A DNA stretch of 64,000 bases from Dehalococcoidia bacterium (GTDB taxonomy: Bacteria > Chloroflexota > Dehalococcoidia > Lucifugimonadales > QGNO01). The notes under the pieces were generated by a model, which had not been told where the DNA came from, made no database searches, and saw nothing but the letters and a program-made list of their open reading frames with translations. Where the stretch lies: contig OZ252212.1 in NCBI GenBank assembly GCA_965248955.1, positions 1,536,482 through 1,600,481 on the forward strand, written 5' to 3'. Below, piece after piece: positions 1 through 10,258 of this stretch (within the stretch, counting starts at the first letter, position 1; every line of letters starts with the position of its first letter). The translations under genes and the position numbers were made by a program.

Positions 1-1
1 C

Positions 2-1066
2 AACGTACCGTCGGGCTTTCTGGCGGCGCGCTTCGGTATACATAGAACATTTGCTTTCGGGGCTTTCCTGATGTCGGTGGGCATGCTGGCTCCGTTCATG
101 CCCAACTTCGCCGGACACGTTGCCTGGCGGGTGGTCTTTGCTTTCGGAGCCGGGGTGGTAATTCCCCTGGTGGGCGCAGTGGCTTCGCAATGGTTCGACC
201 GCCGGGAACTGCCAGTGGTCAACGGGATCAACTGGATGGGACAGACTGGCGGCATGGCTATATCGCTGTTCATAGGCGTACCTATTGCCAACCTCTTCGG
301 ATGGGACATAACGCTGTTTACGTTCGGTGCTGTGGCCCTGGTGGGGGCCATAGCTTGGGTGGTCTTGGGTAAAGAACCGGCGGAAGACAGGGTATCGGTC
401 AGCTCCCCCTCCATACCAAAGTTACTCAGCGTTCTTAGGGAAAGGACTACTATCCTGGTATCCCTAGCGTTTGTTGGCCCGTTCCTGACCTATTTGAGCT
501 TCAGCTCCTGGCTGCCCACCTATTACAACGAAGTCTTCGGATTTTCTTTGTCCAAAGCGGGTTTCATCATAGGCATCCCCGCCTTCATTGGCCTGGTGGT
601 AAGTCCCGTGGCGGGCCTGGCTTCCGCCAAATTGGGATTGAGACGCCCGTTTCTCATAGGGGCGGGGATTCTATACGTCGCCTCCGGGTTTGGCACGTTT
701 CTCTTCAACAACCAGCCCCTGATATACGCGTCTGTAATCGCACTTGGAATATCGCAATGGGTATTCATCTCCATGGTCTTCACCGTGGCAACGGAGCTTC
801 CTCAGAAATCGGCTCAAGAGATCGCCATGGTGCTTGCCGCCGGACTTGCAGTGGGCAATCTGCTCAGCCTCGCCGGACCGGTCTTGGTGGGCGTGAGCAC
901 GGATTTGCTGGGAACCTATCTACCCAGCCTAACGTTGCTTGCGCTGCTGCCAGTCACGTTGCTCATAGCGGGAATCCTCTTGCCTGAGACCGGCCCTCGC
1001 GCCACGGTCAAGAAAGGGCCGGGGAATCCTGAAGAGTTACGGCCTCTGAGGGAAGTGGCGGACTAG
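2..1066 (+). CDS. MFS transporter (5' end outside window)
   Basis: Frame is open from base 2. Multiple hydrophobic helices and MFS-like loop motifs (QWFDRRE, KLGLRRP). Confidence 0.85.
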   Translation, partial: NVPSGFLAARFGIHRTFAFGAFLMSVGMLAPFMPNFAGHVAWRVVFAFGAGVVIPLVGAVASQWFDRRELPVVNGINWMGQTGGMAISLFIGVPIANLFGWDITLFTFGAVALVGAIAWVVLGKEPAEDRVSVSSPSIPKLLSVLRERTTILVSLAFVGPFLTYLSFSSWLPTYYNEVFGFSLSKAGFIIGIPAFIGLVVSPVAGLASAKLGLRRPFLIGAGILYVASGFGTFLFNNQPLIYASVIALGISQWVFISMVFTVATELPQKSAQEIAMVLAAGLAVGNLLSLAGPVLVGVSTDLLGTYLPSLTLLALLPVTLLIAGILLPETGPRATVKKGPGNPEELRPLREVAD

Positions 1067-1128
1067 CAAACTAAGTGGGTACTGGCTACTATGGGCACTT
1101 GAACAGCCCATGAAAGCTGGGAAGCAAA

Positions 1129-1716
1129 GTGAGTATCCGTATTCTACTTATTGTCCTTATTGCAAGCGTCGTCTTGTCGATCGGCTGCGCTAGCCAGAAG
1201 GATGAAATCCCAATAGACGAGATTGAGGAAGCGCTTGGCTTTGTTTACGTCCCCGACTACATTCCGGACTCTTTCGCCTTCGGCGGCGTTGAAGTGAACG
1301 ACCGCGAAGGCATCATACCCTACGTAAAGTTTATGTACGTCAAGACAAGTGCTGCGTCTGGGCCTACGCAGCTATTTATCGAGTATCCTAGGTACCCCAA
1401 TCAGTGCAATATGAACATGTATGGCCAGGCGCCTGCTGATGCATTTGAGTCACGCAACTTCAACGGGCTTCCCGGCTGTATTGTTCGGGGCCGTTTGAAG
1501 CCGACAGTTGTTTTTGCTGACATGGACCGTGTAGTAATGTCTGCTACACAGGGAGATCCGTGGGACTACGAGCTCGGCTACCGGATACAGGTACATGCCC
1601 CGGTCACGGATACTAGGCGGACTTACATCTTGGTTAGCACGTTCAACCAGGGCAAGGTGTTGACAGAGGAAGACCTGATCAAAATCGCTGAATCTCTGAG
1701 ACTCGTCACGGGCTAG
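1129..1716 (+). CDS. hypothetical lipoprotein
   Basis: Signal peptide with lipobox LSIGC. C-terminal 'LTEEDLIKIAESL' resembles DUF4367-type extracytoplasmic domains. Confidence 0.6.
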   Translation: MSIRILLIVLIASVVLSIGCASQKDEIPIDEIEEALGFVYVPDYIPDSFAFGGVEVNDREGIIPYVKFMYVKTSAASGPTQLFIEYPRYPNQCNMNMYGQAPADAFESRNFNGLPGCIVRGRLKPTVVFADMDRVVMSATQGDPWDYELGYRIQVHAPVTDTRRTYILVSTFNQGKVLTEEDLIKIAESLRLVTG

Positions 1717-1737
1717 CTAATGGAAGCGAGCGCCGCC

Positions 1738-1959
1738 TCAACTTTTGGGCTTGTCATGCCGGGCAGTTGCGTACTCTCTCAGGTTGGCTGCTGATTTCCT
1801 GGCGCAAGCTGGGGGGCTTAGCGAAATACCGTGCTGGCAGACAATCGTTAGATTTTGCCAGTCCACCGACCATTGCTCATGGGTGGCTTGCTGCAACCGG
1901 ATTGCGGTCTTGGTGTAATCGTCAGTAATCTGTGACCCGAAGAACGGGATAGCGTTCAT
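1738..1959 (-). CDS. small hypothetical protein (73 aa)
   Basis: Strong SD (GAGGTAAGGAG) just upstream of the ATG and an AT-rich upstream region. No recognisable family. Confidence 0.4.
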   Translation of the reverse strand: MNAIPFFGSQITDDYTKTAIRLQQATHEQWSVDWQNLTIVCQHGISLSPPACARKSAANLREYATARHDKPKS

Positions 1960-2034
1960 TCTAGCTCCTTACCTCGCCTGAACCATACAAATATAATAAG
2001 GCTATTCTTTCGAGGACACAATAGGGGGGCGAAA

Positions 2035-2288
2035 AGATTCCCGCGGCGGGGATGACGGGTGTGGCGGCCTGTCATGCTGGGGAGTCGGTTAGACCCCCTT
2101 GCCGGGCCAAGGGACGCCCCCCGCCCCGCCGCCCCTGGGATACCCGCCTGCGCGGGTATGACGGACGAGTAGAGCGCGGGCATGACGGGCGGGGCGCCCT
2201 GTCATGCTGAGGAGTCGGTTAGACCCCGTTTGCACTAAAACACCCCTGCCGACGAAGCATCTCCTGGGGGGCCAAGGGACGCCCTCAC
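2035..2288. repeat. mosaic (BIME-like) cluster of REP-like palindromes
   Basis: Two copies of CCTGTCATGCTGRGGAGTCGGTTAGACCCC (2068, 2198) and two of GCCAAGGGACGCCC, interleaved with GGATACCCGCCTGCGCGGGTATGAC-type hairpins (2035-2058, 2135-2164). Confidence 0.8.
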
Positions 2289-2291
2289 CCG

Positions 2292-3197
2292 TCAGGTTGC
2301 CCTGATCAGTAGCACGGGACACTCCGAGCTGCGTATCACCCGGTCGGCTACGCTGCCCAACACCCAGCGCTCTACCCCGGAACGGCCATGCGTTGTCATT
2401 GCTATCAGGCAGTTGGGGAGATCGTGGACTGCATTGATAATGGTGGATGCAGGGCTGCCGTGGACGACAAGTTCGTCCATCTGGGATACGCCCTCCTCGT
2501 TGAACTTCAAGGCCGTATCGTGGAGGTACTTAACGGCCGCCCTGGCCTCTTCTTCTAATACCTCTTCCACTGATGTATTGAAGTAATCTCTACCCTGGTA
2601 ATAGGCCAGGGTAGTAGGGGTAGCTCTCAGCAGCACTATTTTGATGGACAGCGCTTGGGCTATGGAAGACGCCAGGGGCAATGCCTGCTCCGCTATGGAC
2701 GATCCGTCAAGCGGCACCACAACCTGCTCGATCGCGGCGTCCCTGGAAAAATCCCGTTCGTCTTTTGCCCTGACTGCGAGCAAAGGGTTTGGTACGGCAT
2801 GAAGCACCTTGTCCGTGATGCTTCCCAACATCCAGCGGCCTAGGCCGGTTCGTCCGTGGGTGGTCATTGCAACCAGCGTGCCAGGGTCTTGCTCTGCTTC
2901 CCGCACTATGCAGGCCGCGGCATCACTCTCATGGACCCGGCTGACAACGCTCAGCCCGCTCTTTCGTATAGGTCGCGCTGTCGTGTTGAGGTACCGCCTG
3001 GCGTCGTTACGCAGGCTGATGGCCACTCTGTCCAAATACAAGCCGTGTTTTGGGTCCGCCAGATCGGGTGGCACAGGCTCAATGGCGCGTATCAACCGGA
3101 TGTTAGAGTGGAAATACTTTCCTAGCTGTCGCACGTATGGCAACACTTGTTCCGCAAGTGACGATCCGTCCAGAGGCACAAGGATTTTTGAAAACAT
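2292..3197 (-). CDS. universal stress protein, tandem USP domains
   Basis: Two VPLDGS..AEQ and MTTHGR..LGS motifs. Confidence 0.93.
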   Translation of the reverse strand: MFSKILVPLDGSSLAEQVLPYVRQLGKYFHSNIRLIRAIEPVPPDLADPKHGLYLDRVAISLRNDARRYLNTTARPIRKSGLSVVSRVHESDAAACIVREAEQDPGTLVAMTTHGRTGLGRWMLGSITDKVLHAVPNPLLAVRAKDERDFSRDAAIEQVVVPLDGSSIAEQALPLASSIAQALSIKIVLLRATPTTLAYYQGRDYFNTSVEEVLEEEARAAVKYLHDTALKFNEEGVSQMDELVVHGSPASTIINAVHDLPNCLIAMTTHGRSGVERWVLGSVADRVIRSSECPVLLIRAT

Positions 3198-3386
3198 AGC
3201 CGCCTTTCTTTCCCGGCTCTGTCCATGTGCAGCTCACAGCCGGATTTGTTGATATGCGCAGCCTATTCCCCAGTAGTCGTTGATGCCGTCTTCCAGTATA
3301 GCAATTTGTCCGCGCATGGGCGACAATTCCGGATGAAAGGGGTATAATCTCCTTTCCAAGAACTTATGAGCTATGAGGTTTGAGGC

Positions 3387-6300
3387 GTGAGCCTTCAAGG
3401 ATTCCATCCACTTATACGGGACTGGTTCAACCAGCGGTTCGATGGCCCTACGGAGGCGCAGTCCAAGGGCTGGCCGGCCATTGCTGAGGGTAAACACACC
3501 CTGATTGCGGCGCCCACCGGCTCCGGGAAGACACTGGCTGCCTTCCTCACCTGTCTGGACAACCTGGTGAAAGCCGGCTTGGACGGCGGTCTGCCGGAGA
3601 GCACCCAGGTAGTCTACGTATCCCCCTTGAAGGCGCTGTCCAACGACATTCACAAAAATCTCTCCATCCCTCTCCAGGAGATAGCGGAGATGGCGGAGCG
3701 CAATGGCACGCCTTTACCGGAGATACGCGTGGCGGTGCGTACCGGAGACACCTCTCCCAGCCAGCGACAGGCCATGGCAAAGCAACCTCCGCACATATTG
3801 ATCACGACGCCTGAGTCGTTGTACATCCTGCTTACCTCCAAGAGCGGCCGCCAGTCTCTGCGACAGGCGAAGACCCTCATCCTGGACGAGCTTCACGCAG
3901 TGGCCGACGACAAGCGCGGCTCTCACCTCAGTATCTCTGTGGAACGGCTTTGCAACCTAGCAAGCGATCCGGTAACCAGAATCGGTTTGTCCGCCACGCA
4001 GCGGCCCATAGAGGAGTTGGCTAGATTTCTGGTAGGCGCCGGGGAGATCGATGCTGAGGGCAAACCCGGCTGTCTGATTGTGGATACGGGCCACGCCCGA
4101 GAGATGGACCTGGCTATAGATCTTACCGACGACGAGCTGGGCCCCATCGCCTCTCATGAGCTGTGGGGCAGGGTACTGGACAAGATAGCCGGCGAGGTCA
4201 AGAGCCACACCACTACCCTTGTCTTCGTGAACACGCGTCGCCTGGTGGAGCGGGTGGCGCACCTGCTTTCGGAAAGATTGGGAGAGGAGTCCGTGGTGGC
4301 GCATCACGGTAGCCTCTCCCAGAAAACGCGCCACGACGCAGAGAAGAGGCTCAAAGAAGGGGACGTCAAGGTCTGTGTAGCCACGGCGTCGCTGGAGTTG
4401 GGCATAGACATCGGCTCCGTAGACCTTGTCTGCCAGATAGGTTCCCCGCGCTCTATTGGTCTCTTGTTGCAAAGGGTAGGCAGGTCCGGACACTCTTTGA
4501 CCGGCCTGCCCAAGGGACGTTTGTTCCCGCTGACCCGAGACGAACTGCTTGAGTGCATGGCGCTGGTTCGTGGGTTCAACAGGGGTAATCTGGATAGGTT
4601 GGCCGTTCCTCCCTGGCCCTTGGACGTACTGGCGCAGCAGATAGTTGCCGAGTGCGCTTCCCAGGATTGGGACGAGGACGCCCTCTACAACCTGTGCCGC
4701 CGCGCCTATCCATATCAGAACTTACCCAGAGAGAGATTCAACCAGGTGGTCGAAATGCTCTCCTACGGAGTGGCTCCCAGGGAAGGCAGGCGCAACGCTT
4801 ATCTCCATCGTGATGCGGTGAACCGCAAGCTGAAGGCGCGCCGCGGCGCCCGTCTAGCGTCCCTGACCAGCGGTGGAGCCATCCCGGAGAACGCGGACTA
4901 CGACGTTATAGCGGAGCCGGACAACACGTTTGTGGGTACTGTCAACGAAGATTTCGCCATTGAAAGCATGAGGGGAGACGTTTTCTTGCTGGGCAATACG
5001 CCATGGCGAATTCTGCGCGTGGAGAGCGGCCGGCTCAGAGTGGAGGACGCCCAGGGAGCGGCCCCTTCCATACCCTTCTGGATCGGTGAGGCTCCCGGCA
5101 GGACCAATGAGCTATCGGACGAAGTTTCTGACCTGCGCGAAGAGCTGTATCAGCGTTCCCAAGACGGCAAGGGCGTTCAATGGCTTGTGGCCCAAGGCTT
5201 CTCCAGGGAAGTGGCAGAACAGGCATCGGCGTACATTGTAGAAGGTATGAGAGTCCTGGGAAGTGTGCCCACTAAGAAGCGCATCGTGGCAGAGCGCTTC
5301 TTCGATGAAGCGGGGGGTATGCAGTTGGTAATACACTCCCCGTTCGGGTCTCACGTCAACAAGGCATGGGGCATGTCGTTGAGGAAGGAGATCTGCCGCA
5401 CTTTCGACTTCGAGCTTCAGGCGTCGGCGACCGAGGATGGGATCAACCTCTCGCTGGGTCCTTCCATGACGTTCCCCGTAGCCAATGTATTCAAGTACAT
5501 ATCATCCAGGAAGGCGCGGGAGGTGCTGGAGCAGGCCATACTCCAAGCGCCGCTATTCGGCATCAGGTGGCGTTGGGACGCCACCCGCGCCCTGGCCATA
5601 TTGCGCTTCGCCGGCGGGAAGAAGGTGCCGCCGCCGTTCCAGAGGATGCGCTCGGAGGATCTTCTGGCCGCGGTGTTCCCCGAGCAGGTCGCCTGCCAGG
5701 ACAACGCCATGCCCGGCGACGTCGAAATCCCAGACCACCCCCTGGTGTTCGAAACGATGCGGGACGCCCTCAACGAGGCGATGGACGTGGAAGGGATGCG
5801 CCGTGTGCTGGAAGGAATAGAAAAGGGATCAATTGAGGTGTTTGCCAGGGATACCGTGCAGCCGTCCGTATTCAGCCACCAGATATTGAACGCGATGCCC
5901 TATGCTTTTCTGGACGACGTGCCGCTGGAAGAACGCCGTTCCAGGGCGGTAGTGTTGCGCCGTGCTTTGCCGGAAGACTCGCGAGACCTGGGGACGTTGG
6001 ATGCCTCAGCTATAGAAAACAGTTCTCAAGATGCCTGGCCCGTGGTGCGGGACGGCGATGATCTGCATGACGCCCTACTCACTCTTGGCATACTGCCTGA
6101 ACGGGACATAGGGCGCGGCGCAAACCTTGTTGAGAAAGACCACTGGCTGGGCTGGTTCAACGAGCTGACCGGGGAGGGCCGAGCCCTGAAGGCGCTTTAC
6201 GGCAACGGCGGCATGGCCTGGATTGCCCGGGAGAACGTCCCCCTGGTATCGGCGGCGTTCCCCGATGCCAGATTTGAACCGGCGCCCAACGGAGCGTTGA

Positions 6301-7709
6301 CCGATGCGGAGCCTCCCGGCCAGGATGAAGCCGAGCTGATTCTAGTCAGAAACAGGGTGGAGTGCTCCGGTCCCTTCACGCCCGCCGGCATGGCCGAGGC
6401 ACTGGGAATGAGGAAGGGCGCGGTGGACATTGCGCTGGCCCACCTGGAAGCCACGGGCGGCGTACTGCGGGGTTACTTCACTCCCGGCCTGGAAGATGAG
6501 GAGTTCTGCGACCGCCGCATTTTGGCCAGGATACACAAGGACACCCTCACCCGGTTGAGGCGTGAAATAGAGCCTGTGTCGTCGGCGGAGTTCATGAGGT
6601 TCCTCTTCCGATGGCAGCACGCATCGGCTTCATGGAGGGCGCGCGGCGAGGATGGCTTGCTGGAAGTTATCGAACAGTTACAGGGCTTTGAAGCTTCCGC
6701 ATCATCCTGGGAATCGGACATACTGCCCTCTCGGATGGAGACCTACCTCCCCTCCACGCTGGACAACCTATGCCTGGCCGGTGAGGTCGTCTGGGGCAGG
6801 TTCAGCCGGCGTCCCGCCGACGGCCAGGCTCCGCTGGCGCGAATGCCGCTTTCCAGGAGCGGGACAGTGTCCCTGGGCCTCAGAGAAGCGCTGCCATGGC
6901 TGCTGCACGAAATGCCCCCGGATGGCTACCTGGTTACGGGCGCCGCCGCCGACGTCAAGGATTTCCTGTCCAGCTATGGAGCTTCGTTCCTTCCGGATAT
7001 CATCGCCGGTACAAAGCGGATGCCCTCAGAGGTTGAGAACGCTCTCTGGCAGCTTGTGGCGGCCGGCCTGGTCACGGCTGACGGCTTCAACGCTCTGCGG
7101 GGCCTTGTCAGCGGCGCCGCAAAGCGTGTCAAGCGCTCTTCCAGGTTCAAGAGACGCTCCAGGGCGGGCCGCCCGTCCGCCAGTCGCTGGTCGTTGCTTC
7201 AGACGCATTACGCGCCGGACAACGCCGTGGAGGAGCGCGCCATTCAGCTGCTGCATCGCTATGGAGTAGTGTTCCCCGATCTGCTTGCCCGCGAGCCTAT
7301 GGCTCCGTCATGGCGTACGCTTCTCCAATTCTATCGCCGCTCTGAAGCAAGAGGGGAAATACGCGGAGGCAGATTCGTTGCCGGGTTCATTGGAGAACAG
7401 TTCGCCCTGCCGGAGGCAATCGAGACTCTGCGCAATATGCGCAGGTCGGAACCGGATGAACGGTTGATGGCCCTCTCCGCCAGCGATCCGCTGAACTTGG
7501 CCGGCATACTGACACCCGGGGCTAAAGTCCCCGCCGTGAACGGCAACAGGATCATTTATCGAGACGGCATCCCCCTGGCCTCCAAGCAAGGCGGAGAGCT
7601 TCACGTGCACACGGAGCTAGACGAAGAGACCCGGGCTAGGGCCGTGGACCTACTGGGGCTGGGCCGCCGTATATCGGCAAAGGCCGGTGCTTTGGCATCC
7701 GTCCCTTAG
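3387..7709 (+). CDS. lhr: Lhr-family ATP-dependent DEAD/DEAH helicase (long form)
   Basis: APTGSGKT, SPLKAL, DELH, SAT, HHGSLS and QRVGRSGH motifs, plus an Lhr-type C-terminal region. Confidence 0.93.
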   Translation: MSLQGFHPLIRDWFNQRFDGPTEAQSKGWPAIAEGKHTLIAAPTGSGKTLAAFLTCLDNLVKAGLDGGLPESTQVVYVSPLKALSNDIHKNLSIPLQEIAEMAERNGTPLPEIRVAVRTGDTSPSQRQAMAKQPPHILITTPESLYILLTSKSGRQSLRQAKTLILDELHAVADDKRGSHLSISVERLCNLASDPVTRIGLSATQRPIEELARFLVGAGEIDAEGKPGCLIVDTGHAREMDLAIDLTDDELGPIASHELWGRVLDKIAGEVKSHTTTLVFVNTRRLVERVAHLLSERLGEESVVAHHGSLSQKTRHDAEKRLKEGDVKVCVATASLELGIDIGSVDLVCQIGSPRSIGLLLQRVGRSGHSLTGLPKGRLFPLTRDELLECMALVRGFNRGNLDRLAVPPWPLDVLAQQIVAECASQDWDEDALYNLCRRAYPYQNLPRERFNQVVEMLSYGVAPREGRRNAYLHRDAVNRKLKARRGARLASLTSGGAIPENADYDVIAEPDNTFVGTVNEDFAIESMRGDVFLLGNTPWRILRVESGRLRVEDAQGAAPSIPFWIGEAPGRTNELSDEVSDLREELYQRSQDGKGVQWLVAQGFSREVAEQASAYIVEGMRVLGSVPTKKRIVAERFFDEAGGMQLVIHSPFGSHVNKAWGMSLRKEICRTFDFELQASATEDGINLSLGPSMTFPVANVFKYISSRKAREVLEQAILQAPLFGIRWRWDATRALAILRFAGGKKVPPPFQRMRSEDLLAAVFPEQVACQDNAMPGDVEIPDHPLVFETMRDALNEAMDVEGMRRVLEGIEKGSIEVFARDTVQPSVFSHQILNAMPYAFLDDVPLEERRSRAVVLRRALPEDSRDLGTLDASAIENSSQDAWPVVRDGDDLHDALLTLGILPERDIGRGANLVEKDHWLGWFNELTGEGRALKALYGNGGMAWIARENVPLVSAAFPDARFEPAPNGALTDAEPPGQDEAELILVRNRVECSGPFTPAGMAEALGMRKGAVDIALAHLEATGGVLRGYFTPGLEDEEFCDRRILARIHKDTLTRLRREIEPVSSAEFMRFLFRWQHASASWRARGEDGLLEVIEQLQGFEASASSWESDILPSRMETYLPSTLDNLCLAGEVVWGRFSRRPADGQAPLARMPLSRSGTVSLGLREALPWLLHEMPPDGYLVTGAAADVKDFLSSYGASFLPDIIAGTKRMPSEVENALWQLVAAGLVTADGFNALRGLVSGAAKRVKRSSRFKRRSRAGRPSASRWSLLQTHYAPDNAVEERAIQLLHRYGVVFPDLLAREPMAPSWRTLLQFYRRSEARGEIRGGRFVAGFIGEQFALPEAIETLRNMRRSEPDERLMALSASDPLNLAGILTPGAKVPAVNGNRIIYRDGIPLASKQGGELHVHTELDEETRARAVDLLGLGRRISAKAGALASVP

Positions 7710-7728
7710 CGCGAGAGCAAACGGGCGG

Positions 7729-8469
7729 CTAGTTGTCCCTTGGCGAACGGCTTGCCAGTTTGAGGGGGCGCCAGCGCATTTGGAGAGCGCGCCACAAAGC
7801 TTCCACCATTATGCCCAGGCTCATTTTGGAGCGGCCGGCGGCTCTTTGCTCGAAGGTGTACGGAATCTCTCCCATAGAAAGGCCGAGGCGCTGACACAGG
7901 TAGAGCACCTCTGTCTGGAAGATATAACCGCGGCTTCGTATGGACACCAGAGGCAGGGCTTGCAGACTCTCTCTGCGATAGGCCTTGAAGCCGGACTTGG
8001 CATCCTTTATTTTCAGCCCGGTAACCAAGCGCACGTAGAGGTCCCCGCCGCGGCTGATTAGACGGCGCAATAATCCCCAATCTCCCGATGCTCCTCCCCC
8101 GGGTATATACCGCGACGCGACCACTACGTGGTACCGATCAAGGGCGTTCAGCAGGTCCGGCAATACCTCAGGGGGATGCGACATATCGGCGTCCATTTGC
8201 ACCACGGTCTCCGCTCCCAAACGCAGCGCCTCTTCAAACCCGGCTACGTAGGCGGGTCCCAGCCCCTCTTTTTGGGCGCGACGCAGCACGTGCACTCCAC
8301 ACCGTCGCTCTTGGCCGAGTCTATGCGCGAGGTCGGCGGTGCCGTCTGGCGAGTTGTCATCCACCACGAGGAGCTCCAGCCCCGGCAGTTGAAGTGCAAA
8401 CAAGGCGTCGAACAGAACGGGGAGGTTTTCAGCCTCGTTATAGGTTGGAATGACAACTATGGTTTTCAT
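7729..8469 (-). CDS. polyprenol monophosphomannose synthase-like GT2
   Basis: IPTYNEAEN, VDDNSPDGT, MDADMSH and SGFKAYR motifs. Confidence 0.9.
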   Translation of the reverse strand: MKTIVVIPTYNEAENLPVLFDALFALQLPGLELLVVDDNSPDGTADLAHRLGQERRCGVHVLRRAQKEGLGPAYVAGFEEALRLGAETVVQMDADMSHPPEVLPDLLNALDRYHVVVASRYIPGGGASGDWGLLRRLISRGGDLYVRLVTGLKIKDAKSGFKAYRRESLQALPLVSIRSRGYIFQTEVLYLCQRLGLSMGEIPYTFEQRAAGRSKMSLGIMVEALWRALQMRWRPLKLASRSPRDN

Positions 8470-8487
8470 TCAGGAGTCTATGGCGCG

Positions 8488-9303
8488 CTACCTTCCTCTA
8501 AGGGAGGCCCAGCGAATCTTGAGGATATCCAACATCATACTCAACCCGTCCCGCAGGGGACGCACCTTGCTTCCCGAGGAGTAATGCCAATCTATGGGTA
8601 CTTCTACAAGGCGCAGCCCCAGGCGGCGAGCCACGAATAGTATCTCAACGTCGAAAGCAAACCCTGGGGTGTGCTGCATGGCGAAGAGTTTATCCGCTGC
8701 CGGTCCTGTGAAGCACTTGAAACCGCATTGTGTATCGCTGACCCCGGGCAAGACAAGCAATCTTGTCAGGGTATTGTATACCCTGCCCATGAGGTGGCGG
8801 CGGCGCGGTTCGTTGAAGCGGCGCGCTCCGGGCGCTTCCCGCGAACCCAAAGCCACGTGGTAGTCGGTGAGACGGGGCGGCAGGAAACGCTCCAGCTGTT
8901 CTATGGGCATGGAGAGGTCTGCGTCGCAGATGAACCGGTGCTGGGCCTGGGTATGAAGCATGCCGGATCGTACCGCCCAGCCCTTGCCAGCGTGGGGAAC
9001 GGACAGCAGCGAGACGCCGGGATGGCTGGATGCGAAGTCGGAGACGAGGCGGGCGGTGTGATCACTACTGCCGTCGTCGACGACAAGAACCTCCCAGGAG
9101 TAGTCCTGGGTTTGCAAGTAGGCAGCGACCTTTTCCAAGGTTGAGGGGATGCGCTTTTCCTCGTTGTAAGCCGGGATGATTACACAGAGGAAGGGGTCAT
9201 GCTGCGGTTTGGGTTGTTGCTGGGGCAATGGTGCTATTCTTCGTCCTGTTGGAATGAGGCGCGGAGGGCCTGCCCTGGGTGCTTTTGCTGGTTGATTATG
9301 CAA
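8488..9303 (-). CDS. dolichyl-phosphate beta-glucosyltransferase-like GT2
   Basis: IPAYNEE, VDDGSSD, DADLS, DTQCGFK and FAFDVE motifs. Confidence 0.88.
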   Translation of the reverse strand: MHNQPAKAPRAGPPRLIPTGRRIAPLPQQQPKPQHDPFLCVIIPAYNEEKRIPSTLEKVAAYLQTQDYSWEVLVVDDGSSDHTARLVSDFASSHPGVSLLSVPHAGKGWAVRSGMLHTQAQHRFICDADLSMPIEQLERFLPPRLTDYHVALGSREAPGARRFNEPRRRHLMGRVYNTLTRLLVLPGVSDTQCGFKCFTGPAADKLFAMQHTPGFAFDVEILFVARRLGLRLVEVPIDWHYSSGSKVRPLRDGLSMMLDILKIRWASLRGR

Positions 9304-9334
9304 CTGCTCACGGTTTCATCGAAGACTCCCATGG

Positions 9335-10258
9335 CTAAGTGGCGCCTATCATATTGTCTAGAGTGGCATGTGCTCCCTGCAAGGAGGGTTGGGTAATCTT
9401 TACACTGCCGTTGACTCCAGCCTTGTTTGCACCGTCTTCCATCTCCCTGGCTACGGTAACTTCGTTGCCTTTGGTGAGTGCAAGCACCGTTGAGCCTGCT
9501 CCGGAGAGGAATACGCCCAGGGCGCCGCCGTCCAGCGCACTCTGGAAAAGCGGCTTCATGGCGGGGAAGATGGTTTGGCGCGCCGGCTGGTGGAGGCGGT
9601 CCTGGGTGGCGACTCTCAAGTCGTCCAGCCGGCCTGTTGCCAGGGCATTCACAAGCAACCCCACGCGACCTGAGTTAAATACGGCATCGTTCAGGCTGAC
9701 CCTCTGAGGGACAACGTTTCTGGCCTTCCTGGTTCCCATCGGCTGGTCCGGTATGAACAGTACGGCTTTGATCCCTTCCGGCAACGGTACGGGTGCTCGC
9801 ACAAGGCTATTGCCGTCCGCTACCGCTATTTGACACCCGCCGAAGAGGGCCGGGGTGACGTTGTCCGGGTGCCCTTCCGTGGCGACTGCCAGCTTCCACA
9901 TCACCTCCGGCTCAGGAGTTACCCCGCTCATTAGACAAGCTCCGAGGATGCCGCCAGCTATTGCCGCCGAGCTACTGCCGAGACCCCTGGCCAAGGGGAT
10001 CCGGTTGTGGCACGTAATTGAGAACTGAGGCGGGAGCACGCCAGTTTCCTGGAAGTACCGTTGCGCTGCCCGGAACACCATGTTGCCCTGACCTGAGGTG
10101 AGCCTTCCTTCTCCTTCACCGATCACTTGTACTCCGGGCTGCCGGCCGGGGTGAAACTGTACGTAGTTCCATATATCCAGCGCCATGCCCAGGCAGTCGA
10201 AGCCGGGCCCAAGGTTGGCGGTGGTGGCGGGAACGGCTATGGTCACCGGTTTGAGCAT
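9335..10258 (-). CDS. thrB: homoserine kinase
   Basis: VPATTANLGPGFD, IPLARGLGSSSA, EGHPDN and SGAG motifs. Confidence 0.96.
   Translation of the reverse strand: MLKPVTIAVPATTANLGPGFDCLGMALDIWNYVQFHPGRQPGVQVIGEGEGRLTSGQGNMVFRAAQRYFQETGVLPPQFSITCHNRIPLARGLGSSSAAIAGGILGACLMSGVTPEPEVMWKLAVATEGHPDNVTPALFGGCQIAVADGNSLVRAPVPLPEGIKAVLFIPDQPMGTRKARNVVPQRVSLNDAVFNSGRVGLLVNALATGRLDDLRVATQDRLHQPARQTIFPAMKPLFQSALDGGALGVFLSGAGSTVLALTKGNEVTVAREMEDGANKAGVNGSVKITQPSLQGAHATLDNMIGAT

Noticed and set aside
2035-2288. Possible CRISPR array
   Set aside because: Only 2-3 degenerate units with irregular spacing and no cas genes. Copies are dispersed and inverted elsewhere, as expected for REP elements.
3387-7709. 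Lhr helicase as part of a defence system
   Set aside because: Neighbours are a USP and glycosyltransferases, with no nuclease or methylase partners. This fits a housekeeping repair Lhr.
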